A stretch of DNA of 62,016 bases, the filler included, from Porpidia crustulata (Eukaryota): assembly GCA_964255105.1 (NCBI GenBank). It is 4 parts of 4 records of this genome, joined end to end, with 100 filler letters (N's around TTAATTAATTAA, not from the genome) between each part and the next. Parts side by side here need not be neighbours in the genome. Positions count along the whole stretch, not along the records: positions 31,085 to 46,507 come from CAXUWE010000311.1; positions 46,608 to 62,016 come from CAXUWE010000312.1; 2 more parts are not named here. The stretch is one strand, 5' to 3'. Under the pieces are notes generated by a model. It made no database searches and was not told the DNA's origin. It saw nothing but the letters and a program-made list of their open reading frames with translations. Both the position numbers and the translations under genes were made by a program. Numbering within the stretch: the first letter of the stretch is position 1; each line of letters opens with the position of its first letter. Below are positions 38,001 through 49,790 of this stretch, one piece after another.

Positions 38001-39112
38001 TACTCCATTTCCAGCTCTGGGACATCTAGGTGTCGATGTTTCACTCAGTGAGGTTGTTCTCGAACTTTCGGTGGTGCCTATAATGATGCAAAGATCCAAC
38101 AATCAGTCTTCCCCGATTCTGGATTAGAATGTATGTTCATCTTTGCACTAGTAGAAGAGCGCTCGACGTATCAAGCGGTGTGGTATTACGAGAAAAGACA
38201 AAAAAGTTTCAACTCACACTCGCTGACGTTGAGATCTGATGAGATTGTAGGCGATGATGGTGAATGGATTTCCACCGTACCACCCGATGCTGACCGACTC
38301 TCCATAGTGGAGCTGTCCGAATCTGCATGACCTTGTAGTGAGGGTGTTTTGGTGCAGCCATTTGTCGTATTTACGTCAGGATGATTTGAACCGATTAAAG
38401 GGAAATGGCGATGAGACCGCTTTGGTGCAATCAGTTCTCGAGCCATATAATTGCCAACGCAAGGCGTCTGTAGCGGTTGGTAAACAGGACTTTCGGCGTC
38501 ACGCACGTCTGATGAGGCTCCCAGTAGTCTCCCAGAGTTCTTTTGTACTTCACGAATCGGTATAGAGCCTTTGTTATTGATATGACTATCCTCACTTTCG
38601 AGGGTGTTCGGATCCATCAACCCCAATGTCTTAAGAAGCTCATAGTCGAGATGATCTTTTCGCTCGTCGCTGCTATCGGTGCTTTGGACCTGCTGCCAGA
38701 AAGTATCGAAATACTCAAATTTGGGATCCCCATATCTCGGACCGCTTTCTGAAGTATCTGACTCCTCCATCCGAAGAACGTTAAAGAATTCGTGGGCACC
38801 CAAGGCTACCGAAGCATCGCCGAACAGATTGCTCGATGGTTGTCGTACATTCTTGGGGGGCAAAGCCGCGCCCATGCTTGAAACCTTTCGAATAGAATGG
38901 ACGGAGGCATTGTCAACAAGCTCATCGACGATATCGAGCAGGACTACACGACTGTCTGGTTGACCATCGATCTAGAAATGTAAGCCATGATGGAATTGGA
39001 AGGTTTTAGTACCCACGGTAACACTGATATTAACATGGACAGCCTCGTCTTGCAGACCACTCCAGATCGCACGGACGTCAAGGTTTTTTATCTTTGAAAC
39101 TTTCGCCATCAT
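35065..39112 (-). CDS. About 1270-aa hypothetical protein with a C-terminal transmembrane segment (4 exons)
   Basis: A short first exon plus three long same-strand ORFs (38186-38875, 35877-38102, 35065-35805) join in phase through GT-AG introns (e.g. 35950-35892). TM-like IWFGVTYLVFSRVAGYLFLGYALVLLSGV. Confidence 0.75.
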
Positions 39113-39861
39113 GAAGCAATGGAATAGAAGTAACCGATGTTCAACAATTTGACAATTATGATGTTTCTATCGAGGTAAATGGGTATCACGGAAATGTGTA
39201 TGGTCATGCTAACGGAAGGATTTGTGTTGTTGCCATATCTGTACACCTCAAATGCCCACCAGGAATTGTACAAGACAGAGAGGGAAAGAGGCACTAGAAA
39301 ACACCGCACCTCCTCCTTTTGAATATCGGCGCCTTGGATATGCTTGGAATAGATCGAGGAACACCATATGCAATGCAATAACACTTATAATCCCCTTTTG
39401 ACAGATGTTATACATAAGACTTGATTCAATCAACCCTTTTGTCAAACTTTGATATCCTGTACTCTCACAAACGAAAAAGGATCCAAAAGTGTTTACGTAA
39501 TTCATACTTGATCAGAAAGAGGTCGGACGCCGTACAAACCGCGTAAGTGACAATATCCACAGTAAGTAGCCGCACGTCCCGAGCATCAAACTGTAGCTAC
39601 TATGGTGCTATGAGCCGTGAGAATGATGAGAGCCCTTTAGAGATGGGCCGGAATAGAGTAAGCGGTGAACAATCGCAGGTTTAGGGTTTCGCAGGTGGCG
39701 AAAAGATGAGCCAAGTTCTGTGGCTTGAAGGCTCGACGGTTTGATGAACAAGAATCCCGCGTTACACAAATCGATGGCTTGGACGCAGCAAAGAGCACAA
39801 TGTATCATCTAATCGTCTATTAAAGGCATCTGATACCTATGTCGCGGTATCTGGATGCGTT

Positions 39862-41844
39862 TCACCCATTCTCATGTTTCGAGTGCATTGTATATGTATG
39901 GTCTGGTGGCTGTGAGGTGAAATTATCCTGACTTCTTTCCGGATTCGCCTGACTGGCCATGGGCATGAACGCATGCGCTTCGATACTAGGAGTAACAAAG
40001 TCGTTTCGGGTTTGGATGACGGCACTACGAGCATGCCCTGGCGTTATCGTAGATTCTAATGGGGGTAGCACAGTTGGCAAAGGGGGTTGCAAGGGTTGTG
40101 GTCGACTTTGGACTAATTCTGTAGATCGTTCAGGATATGAGAGCAGTGAGGTGGTGGGATAGTACATTGGCTGCGTTGTGAGCGTTGCCGCATTAGCCCT
40201 ATACTGCAAGGACGACCGATCGCCCATATCTGCCGCTGGTGAATATGTTGATGAGTTGCTTGGTTGTGGCTGATTGGGTAATTGCTGCTGGCGGTATGGA
40301 ACGACAGGGTGGGACAGCTGTGGTATAGGACGAGGCTGATACTCAGAAGGTTGATTCTGTTGGTAGGTATAAGTGGGCTCTCGTGCCTGTTGTTGTTGCT
40401 GATAAAATGGGTTCGGTGCTGAGGATGAATATCCAGGTAATTCGGTGCGGGGAGATATGTAGGGAGATGAAGTGGACGAGGATTGAGTTCGTTGATGCTT
40501 GAAAGAGTATTCCGAAGTTGAGCTGGGAGCGGATTGTGGGCCATTGTAAGAGCCAGACGCAAAGGTAGCTGTGGACTGTCGGGAGGGAACAGCACTATAT
40601 GGTCCGCGTTGGTCCATGTATGATTGTCCCCCGTATCTCTGCTCCTGCTCATCAATGGTTCGATTGCCCATGTCCATTGAGATCCTTTGACGCTTCGACG
40701 GGGATTCACCATAGTCTCCTAAGAAAGATCTGTTGGAGAACGGAAGCCCATAGCTTCCGACCTGCGTCTGCTGCGGTTGGGACTGCCCGCCGCGGGTTTC
40801 CGAGGGCAATTGTTGCTGGGAATAGGCACGTGGAAAATCCTCTGCCCGCAGGCCAGAAGGAGCCGGTCTTTTACTGTTCAATAGTTAGACAAATGTATGG
40901 CAAAAGTGAAGGGAAACTCGCAGCAAAGTCCTAGGCTCCTTTCTAATCCTCAACCTTACACCCTGGTCACCAAAGGACCGGGACAGGAAAGTAGATTCCG
41001 ACATGCCTGGGAAATTTTTCTGGGAATATACTGGATGGCTATCAGTTGTTTGCAAGTCTTCCAGCTCAAAAGAGACTTGCCCGTGAATGGTTCGCTGAAA
41101 GTTGACTTGATGTAAATGACTTCGGTGCTACGCGTACCCATAAGCCTCAACACTTATCACTTTCTTAGCAATCAAATGACTTACTGGCACATCTCGAACA
41201 GGCTAAACCGAAGGCGGTATTCTCCTTCAATCTTCACGGAAAGGTCTCCGAAGATAAAGAAGGCACCATCTGGACCAGACAGTTAGAAGCGCGACCAATT
41301 TGAACCGTTTGCAGAGCACCGTACCACTATTATCCACGTCTTTCAATTTATGAAGGGATGATACCAGCGTCCCCGCAAGTGCTGATTGAGACGCATAATG
41401 AGCTGGAGGATCTTGCCCAACGTCACAGAGATTGCAGCATAGGAAGTAGTAAGGACTTTGTAAGTAGTTTCTGGCAACATCAGTACCTTTCATCACCATA
41501 TATGCTTCAGACCAACTCACTGCGCCGGATCCGATGGATCACTGATAATCAACTGCACTATAGGTGGAGGGTCAACTGGTTTGCGATCTGGTTGAAAAGG
41601 AAGATTCATCAGCCGAGTATCCAACGCACGCTGGGAAGACCAAGATACCTTTTTCCTTCGCACCAGAGACCTTTGCCCGTTCAGGCCCTTGGCGAATCTT
41701 CAAGAAGTAGGCATCGCTAGGGGGTAGCATCGTCAGTCGAAACCCTTGGGGCTGTGATGCGCGGAGGCGGGATTTAGAGACGCAGTCGTACCTCGGGAGC
41801 CTCTCTGGGTAGGGAGCCACGTAGGCGGGGACGTGAATATTCAT
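39862..41844 (-). CDS. vosA: Velvet-domain regulator, VosA-like
   Basis: Spliced N-terminal velvet domain: [92 protein letters not shown]-rich C-terminus. Confidence 0.88.
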
Positions 41845-44800
41845 GGAGAGCGAGGGGAACTCGATGTTGACCACACCTTGCTAAGCTCTACAGGTGCTCC
41901 AGAGAAACCCGTGGTGAACTTGACGATGGTCCAAGGAATTGCTCGGTGAGAACCTTTTCAGATTAAAGGTCATATAATTCCAGAGCTTCAAGAATCTTGT
42001 GTCGAGTCACTTAATAGCCGTGGATACTATCACCGGACGACAGAGCACCCTATGGCTCACTAGAAAAGTTCAGGTCTCGTCAAATGCAACGGTCCTCGCA
42101 GTTAAGTGCTAGCCTTACGCTCATCGAGCTCAGGCAGCACAGCTCTACCGAAAGGCCTGACCGTGGGCCAAGAATGGCAAGTCTTGGACTGATGTCCTCT
42201 AAGGCAAGTTCCTCGGCGCCTGGATCCCTGGGTGAGTCTGGAGGAGATCCCGCTGGACACCAGAAAACGCCAACAGGACGTTCAAAACTGATGAGATGTG
42301 GTCTTGCAGTGTCCGTGGGCCTTGAAGATGATATTTCAAAGTTAAGGTGCAGTAAGTATGCAGGTTACTCTGTTTGCTTATGGGCTGTTCTTCACAGAAT
42401 GGTTGTAGGAGCCCGGTTCTATCATGTGCAAATAGATAGTGGTAGTTGAATATAAGTTTGGTACCGAAGAACCTCAGCTTTGTGCTTGGCTCCCTAACTG
42501 GATAATATTCCCAGCTAGGACTTGGCGAAGCCTGTGAAGCCTATCATCAAGCTTCTATCGTAGCTGAAACCCCAACCCTATCCGAGAATGGTACACTCGT
42601 GCAAATCTCCAAGGAATTACCACAGGACGGTATCCGCAATGATGTTCTTTACGGGAGGCTCCAAGCAAGTAGTGGAGTGGAACCTTTTGGTCCTTTTGGC
42701 AAGATACGGAAAGACCCACTCAGTGCAGAGAAGAAAGACGGATATTTGGTAGCGAGGCCGGATAGCGTCTTTCCTTAAAGGACCAACGTTGCCGATTGGA
42801 TCCGAAGAGAAGTCAGATGGGAGACCCTTTAGCAAATCAATGCGCAATAACGCAAACTGCCACGATCGCCTTAATTACACAGATCCTGCCCAAATAGTGG
42901 TTCAGATGTTCCTCATAGGTTGGTCGTCCTGGAAGACCCGGATACAAGTCTAGCTGGTAAGGTGTGATACTCAACAGTTCCGTCCGAATTAGAGAGAGTT
43001 TCTCAAGGTTATTGTGCGTTCGGGAGTTGGAAAGTTTCAGAGTGATCAACCAGGGAAACTCCAGGATTCTACCAGGGCAATACTGTCGCAACGTTGGACA
43101 GGATATGGGACGTCGATTCTCGCCGTCGGTGCCACTTTTGTCGCTCCACGTAGTCTGGGCTAATGCAAGCAACAGGCAGGTAACGGATGTTCGTCGATAA
43201 AGCAGATGCACCACACAAGAGAAGGACGAGATCAGATCGCAAGTTCGACGACGATTATGAGAACAATTTGGGGCTCATGTTCGGGTGTCGAGTACTTAGT
43301 GTGACGATGCGTGGGAGGAGACGCGGAGTAGAGAGCACATGCCATTCATGGGAGGAGCCCTAGTCAGTCCGGAACCATGAGGGGATACATATAATAATGA
43401 CAAGGTGTCAGCGCTCTGCCTTGCACCAGAAGAAGAACAATATATGGGAAGCATTGCTAGAAGGGGTTTCCCAGGGATTAGATAGTAGTAGTGATAATTA
43501 CAGACAGCCATGACGAGGTCTGTGGAGAGTGGGACGATGGGAGACTGGCAGAAGAATACGGAATGGGGTGTATTTGCAACGGCATCGCAAAGTGGGTGGG
43601 CAAGGGAAGCCCTGCTGGCAAGCCTCTCGCTAAGTTGACTTGGATCATTCGAAACCATGGAATGATGGAAGCATACAGTTGCCATACCCTTATTGGACAA
43701 TGTCGGGCAATGCTGAACCTCTTTAGGCCGCAGCGCGAAGTGGTGTCCGGGTTGACTTTCGTTCGTTGTTCGTGGTGCGTGGCGGGGCGATGCCGCAACA
43801 CAGATCGAGTCAGCCAGCTCCGATTCCGAAAATCAAAGCCGCAAGCCCGTCACGCAATTGCAAATTACAGAATAGCCTTCCAGCGTACAGACTACGACCG
43901 GAAGAGTGAGCAATGGGGACGGACGGCCATCATCGACTCATCGATGATTCGTTCCACACTGCCAAAGCTCACGGTAGTCAGATGGAGTGTGTACTTTAGG
44001 TCGTGAATTGATGGCCATAGTTGATACACTAGCCATGTGGTCTGAGCGGCTGCATGCAACCTCTACAGCCCATTTGAATTTGGAAGATTACTTTCCAAGC
44101 AATTTGACCCTAGGGGCAAGTCTAGCGTCGCACTCACCAGGGTGCTCCAGCCGACCTCGCCAACAGAAAGTAGAAAGTCAACGCGATTCGAGCGAATGTG
44201 GAAATCGATAGCAGCATGTTGAGCCTGGCATTGCCGGTAGATCTGGCGCTGTGGAAAGCCAAACCGGGAGCATCCAAATCGAGAAACGCCTCGAAATGTC
44301 CTTATGCACGCCTCAACTGGGAACCGAATAACCCTGATTAAGGCTTGAGGCTTGAGCCGGTTGCTTTGATGACCTGAATAATCTGTATCATGACCAAACG
44401 GAAGTCTGCACAGAACTCGAAGCGCCGTAAGAATGAGAAGGTAATGGGCAAGCTCCGACGCATTCCTGGCTTGCGTAGATCATGTATCGTCGCTTACCGT
44501 GCTACAGCACAGGACATACTTGTCTGACCTCGAGACTGACTGGGATATGTTCAGCATACCCGTGCTTCCATCATCGACCCACTGGGAGATGAGAATCTAG
44601 TCACCCACGACGGATTAATTTATGAGTGTGGTTTTACGCAGGGTATCGGTGCACTACGATTACAGCGATAGATCTTTGGCTTCTCTCCAGCGTCATCTTG
44701 GCGCTGAGACATCTCGCTTTAGAAAAAGGCTCGTGTATCAGATGATGAGGGCAGCAGCAGGAATTGCATGTACCTAGCGAGTCAACAGACAGAAGGATTT

Positions 44801-46507
44801 TGTCCTGCACATCCAACTGCGACTTCACACATGTCATCCGGCATGAACATCCAATTGTAGATTTAGCCTCCTTGATTACTTAAGAGGGTACGACCCTTAC
44901 CTCTATTCGAGTTCAAAGCATACCTAAGCGACGAAACGACGCAAAGTAAGAGTATGGAATGAGTTAATCTACGCCCAAATACGCCTAGTAACGCTACTTA
45001 TCGATGTGGCTTACGGTTATTGTTGATTTGTTTCTTTTCGTTCTGCCAGGAAAGGTGGACTTGATCATGATACCTACTAAGTACTAAGGCTTTGGCGCAT
45101 GGAAGCGCAGAGCACAATTTGTTTCTTTCAGCCGCTCAGCAAGCATCCATATACGCTACCCTCTCAAAGTATCCGTCACTGCGACATATGAGATTCGGAC
45201 GAGAATTAGACGCTAGGCATGCTGAACCACCACAGACAACCCGTGCAACAAGGTGGAAAGTTGGCTATCTCGTACTGGGGTGAGGAGCAATGATAATTAT
45301 GAAGTGTTATTCTACTCAAATAGCAGCTTGGTACGCCATGGTCTAGTTTTTTAACATCCTTTGTGTCTCTTGCGCTGCGTAGGTTTGGCAACAATTTTGT
45401 CGACGGCATTTTGATCCATGATAATCTGGAGGTCGTTTTTTATTACAACGACTCCTGCAGCCAGGTAACGGCAATGAGAAAGCCGCACATACAGCAAGTC
45501 AATCACCCGTCATCAACCTTTGAAAACCTGCATACTAGGTAAGGTGAGGGAAGTAAGAGTGATAGAGAAGCCAGGATCCGGGAAGAGACAATAAGTGACA
45601 AATCGCTATCTGTGATTTCGGTGTCGAGCCGTTCTGATTGGACTTTATGCGCGTCTGACAGTTTGATGATGCGTCACGGTGCAGAACTGTTCTCGGACCA
45701 GGCATGACCCTAGCTTTGAGCGTAAGCTTGCCCTTCACCAAGAGCTATGTAGTAAAAACATTGTACCTCACCGAACATGGAAGACACTTGGTGCAGCTGT
45801 CGTACCTCTGGTACACGACCAGGTCATGGATCCCAATCAGCCAAGGGGAGGATCCCATGGTAGGCCTTCGGTACTGTGTGCGCCAACAGTCAGTCATCCA
45901 TGGTTCCGATCCTGGGACGGGCGGCCACCAATGCACAACAAGCCGCCCATACCTTGTCTGCTGTGCTGGTCACATTCGGCTGCCGTCGCAGCTTGGCATA
46001 AGGCAAGGCAAGCCACTCTTTGCAATGCATCGCAACCGCATCGTAGAAGCGTCATCCCTCAGGCTTATGCCTCAAGCACTTGGATACCAGGGTTGTGAGG
46101 CCAACCATAATCCCGATTGTGGAGCACAACCATCGATAATGACAATTGAATTTTCCGATACAGGTGCGCAAGGGAGGGCGGCTACGTACAGATTCTCTGG
46201 AGTGGTCTGTCTGCAATCAGCAGCTGAAGGTTTTGTGATGGGAGTTCTAGTCCACCAATATTGGTGGAGCACTGCACAGTTCACTCCAAGATTTGCGGAC
46301 ATAGCCGCCCCCTCGTCAAGAATTCCAGGTTTTGGGAAGGGAGGTGGACCAGTGAGTTTGAGGCGAGATCAGTGGACGAGCTTAAGACATACTTATTCCC
46401 GAAACATGGACAGTAATGATTGGATGGGGAGGATGAGGGAGGATGGTGGGTTCAGTGGCACGAGTGGTTGGGTTTGCGCGACGGGAGGTTTGGGGGTGAT
46501 GGTGGAG

Positions 46508-46607
46508 NNNNNNNNNNNNNNNNNNNNNNNNNNNNNNNNNNNNNNNNNNNNTTAATTAATTAANNNNNNNNNNNNNNNNNNNNNNNNNNNNNNNNNNNNN
46601 NNNNNNN
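46508..46607. other. Artificial contig spacer
   Basis: N44-TTAATTAATTAA-N44. Confidence 0.97.
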
Positions 46608-46836
46608 GGGTAGGGCGCTGGCCAACTAGAGGGTTTGGCTAAGTAGGGGGTAGATTACGTTATCCGTTTTGTTGTTGACTCAGCTCATTATTCTGCTGCT
46701 ATGAGACCGCGCCCTTTGCAACACCTTAGAGCTTCCACTCTGACATTCATGATCTAAAAATCCTCGATTAACCCCCGATCTTCTGAGAAAGAAGAGCATT
46801 CCCGTCAAAGCCGACTCATCATCAACGACTGCAGCT

Positions 46837-48086
46837 ATGCCCTTTCCTCCTCCGCCTTTAGACAAGATCAGTATGAGTCACACATATCGCTGGAAAGCTC
46901 AGCTAATGATTGATAGATTGGGATGACATTGGATTCCGAGTACGAGAAGGTTGACTTCACGCCAAACTTTAAGTTGGGAGTTGTGTCACTAAGATGTATC
47001 ACAGTCAATGGACATATCGAGTCCCACTACACTCCGGAAACGGGGAAATGGAGTACGCCTGAATTCATTGAAGACCCATATCTCCGAATACATGGCATGG
47101 CGCCAGGCTTGAATTATGGGCAACAGGCTTTTGAAGGGATCAAAGCTTTCCGAACCCCCGATGAACAAATCGCCATTTTCAGACCCACCATGAACGCCTC
47201 TCGCATGGCCCATTCGGCTTCCTTCATTGCTATACCTCCCATTCCTGAGGATCACTTTCTCAAATGTTGCCATTTAGCCGTATCGTTGAACGCCGAACAT
47301 GTGCCTCCTCATCGCACAGGTGCTGCTATGTACATTAGACCTCTTGCATTCGGCAGCTCCGCCCAGCTTGGGTTGAATCCCCCTGAAGCGTATACCTTTG
47401 TCGTCTATGTATTACCGGTTGGCGTATACCATGGAGTTCATCCAGCTGACGCTCTCATCTTGGAAGAATTTGACCGATCAGCCCCTGAAGGAACTGGATC
47501 GACAAAAATCGGAGGAAACTACGCGCCGGTCTTGAGGTGGAGTGAAAAAGCCAGGAGCGAGGGTTTTGGAATCACATTGCACTTGGACAGCAAGACAAGA
47601 AGCGAGATTGACGAGTTTACCACCTCTGGATTCATCGGCCTGAAGAAGTCGGGAGATGGATATTCCCTTGCCGTACCAGACAGCAAAAACGTACTGAAGA
47701 GCATTACCTCGGACAGTGTGTGTAAGATTGCCGAGTCTTTTGGTTGGAAGGTGGAGTGCCGCCCCGTAAAGTACGAGGAGCTGCCTGAGTTCGACGAGGT
47801 CATGGCTGTTGGCACTGCTGCGGCGCTTGTTCCCATTCGGTCCATTACCATGAAATCGAAGAAAGACAAATTCGTATATCAGAATGGTATGGATGAGCCT
47901 GGTCCAGGGCTCACCAAATTACTGTCTACGTACAAAGGTATCCAGTCAGGCAAAACCAAAGACCCATTCGGGTGGTTGGATTATGTTTCCGAAGCCAAGG
48001 ATTATGACAAGAAAGCATCGACCAATGGTGTGGAAGGGGTTGAAGTCATGAATGGTTCTCACACCAATATTGATAAGCTACTTTGA
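46837..48086 (+). CDS. Branched-chain amino acid aminotransferase (class IV PLP, IlvE/TOXF-like)
   Basis: Two short 5' introns give MPFPPPPLDKINWDDIGFRVREVNGHIES. Motifs LNYGQQAFEGIKAFR, MYIRP, KIGGNYAP (PLP Lys), LKSIT, GTAA. Confidence 0.93.
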
Positions 48087-48716
48087 GCCAGAAACTGGTC
48101 TAAGCCTCAGATAGAAGATCACGTTGCTTTATCTAGTAGACACGAAGTTATGAAAGCAACAGAAAGCGGTCTTTCCTATTGATGAAGTATTGCCATATTG
48201 TCCATGATATTAAGGTACTTGCTTGTAGGTAGACAAACGTCGTTCTTGAATGGCTCTGCTCCTGTGGAGAACCATTGGATTCCTTCCTATTTACGCTTCG
48301 AAATTGACACCTATGACGTGAAATTTTACATATTTTCCCTCCCATTATGTACCATCCATAACAAGAAAATTGTTCGCCCCGGAGCACAATCCACTCATAG
48401 CCTTGAAATCAGCGTCAAATCCCCGCGAGACCTTGATCAACGTCCACACAAGCACCTCAAGCTAAGTCCACCTTCAGAACCCGAGATATAGCCACAAAAT
48501 CACGCCCAACAGCACGGCCTCGCTTTTCTAGTAAGGACTGCTAACGTGGGGAGTTTGTTCCCCTGTGGCAATAGAAGATCTCGAAGCTCGATACATCATC
48601 ACAACCCTTCACGTGGGGGCCATAGAAGCAAATGCCGATCCCCTACTCACAATACCAAGTTTACTACTGAAGATCTGGAGATACACACTTACCCACCTCC
48701 CACTCACTTCATCAGC

Positions 48717-49790
48717 ATGGAATCGATCGCTCAGCATCATGATCCACATACTAAAGCCAGAATCCAGGGTGCAATCGAATTTTGCGAGCGCATGGGTATA
48801 ACCTACTACAAAAACGATGTCTTCAGAACGTTCAATGTTTCGAAGACCCGAGGATATGAACTGCTAAGATCAGGATCTCACAACGATTCTGAAGAATTTG
48901 AAACCCGCGGTCGAAAGTCAATCGTATCAACTAAGGATATACGCGAAATGGAAAGGATATTAGAAGAAGGCTTTGAAGCACGTATTACGACATGGCAACA
49001 ACTAGGCTTTGAAGCGGGCCTAGATTGCTCTGGGCACACCATCAGAAGAGTCATGGGTACTATGGATTATCACAAATGCATCTCCTGTAGGAAGGGCTGG
49101 GTTTCGCCTCGTACGGCGGCAAAACGGGTTGATTGGGCGACTGTCATGCTGGAAAGATATCCATATCAGGAAGACTGGCATTCGGTACGGTTCAGCGATG
49201 AAGTTCACTTCGGTTATGGATCTCAGGGTAGGCTACGAATCATACCAAACCCGGGTGAAAGATACTGCCAGGACTGTGTTCAAGAGGCAGACTTCCTTAA
49301 AGAGAAGGACTTGAAGCGACAGCACTGCTGGGCTGCAATAGGTCATAATTTCAAATCCGAAATTTACTTTTACGACGTGCCAGAGAACGGTAATGGCAAG
49401 ATGAACATGAACGTCTATTTGGAGCAAATTTTGAAGCCTATCGTCAAGCCCTGGATCGATCATCACCCCCGATTCGTGCTAGGCGAGAGCAGTGGCACGG
49501 GTCACGGCATTGGCAGAAACAACAATATTAGAGCTTGGAAAAAGGAGAACAAGCTAGAACACTATTTCAATTGCCCGTCGTCGCCTGATCTGTCTCCGAT
49601 AGAAAACGTCTGGCAAGTCCCAAAACAGGAGCTAAAGAAGTATCCACACTGGGACGATCGGATCATGAAGGGCCTGGTGTATGAAGGGTGGAGCAACGTT
49701 TCCACGGAGCTCATTAACGAAAAGGTGGCTTCCATGCCTCACAGACTTAGAGCAGTCATTGATGGCGGGGGTAACATGACTGGCTACTAA
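48717..49790 (+). mobile_element. Tc1/mariner-type (DD37E-spaced) transposase ORF, intact frame, second catalytic Asp replaced
   Basis: HTH-like N-terminus, GRK linker, VRFSDEVHF, CWAAIG, LGESSGTGHG, SPDLSPIENVW, SMPHRLRAVI. No TIR pair found by eye. Confidence 0.85.

Noticed and set aside
42460..42520. Partial resemblance to a TPP riboswitch (CTGGATAAT...CCAGC)
   Set aside because: Lacks the CTGAGA and TGAT core elements and has no thiamine-related gene context.
45704..46507. 283-aa plus-strand ORF running into the gap
   Set aside because: Composition looks random, no domain is recognisable, and the N run inflates its length.
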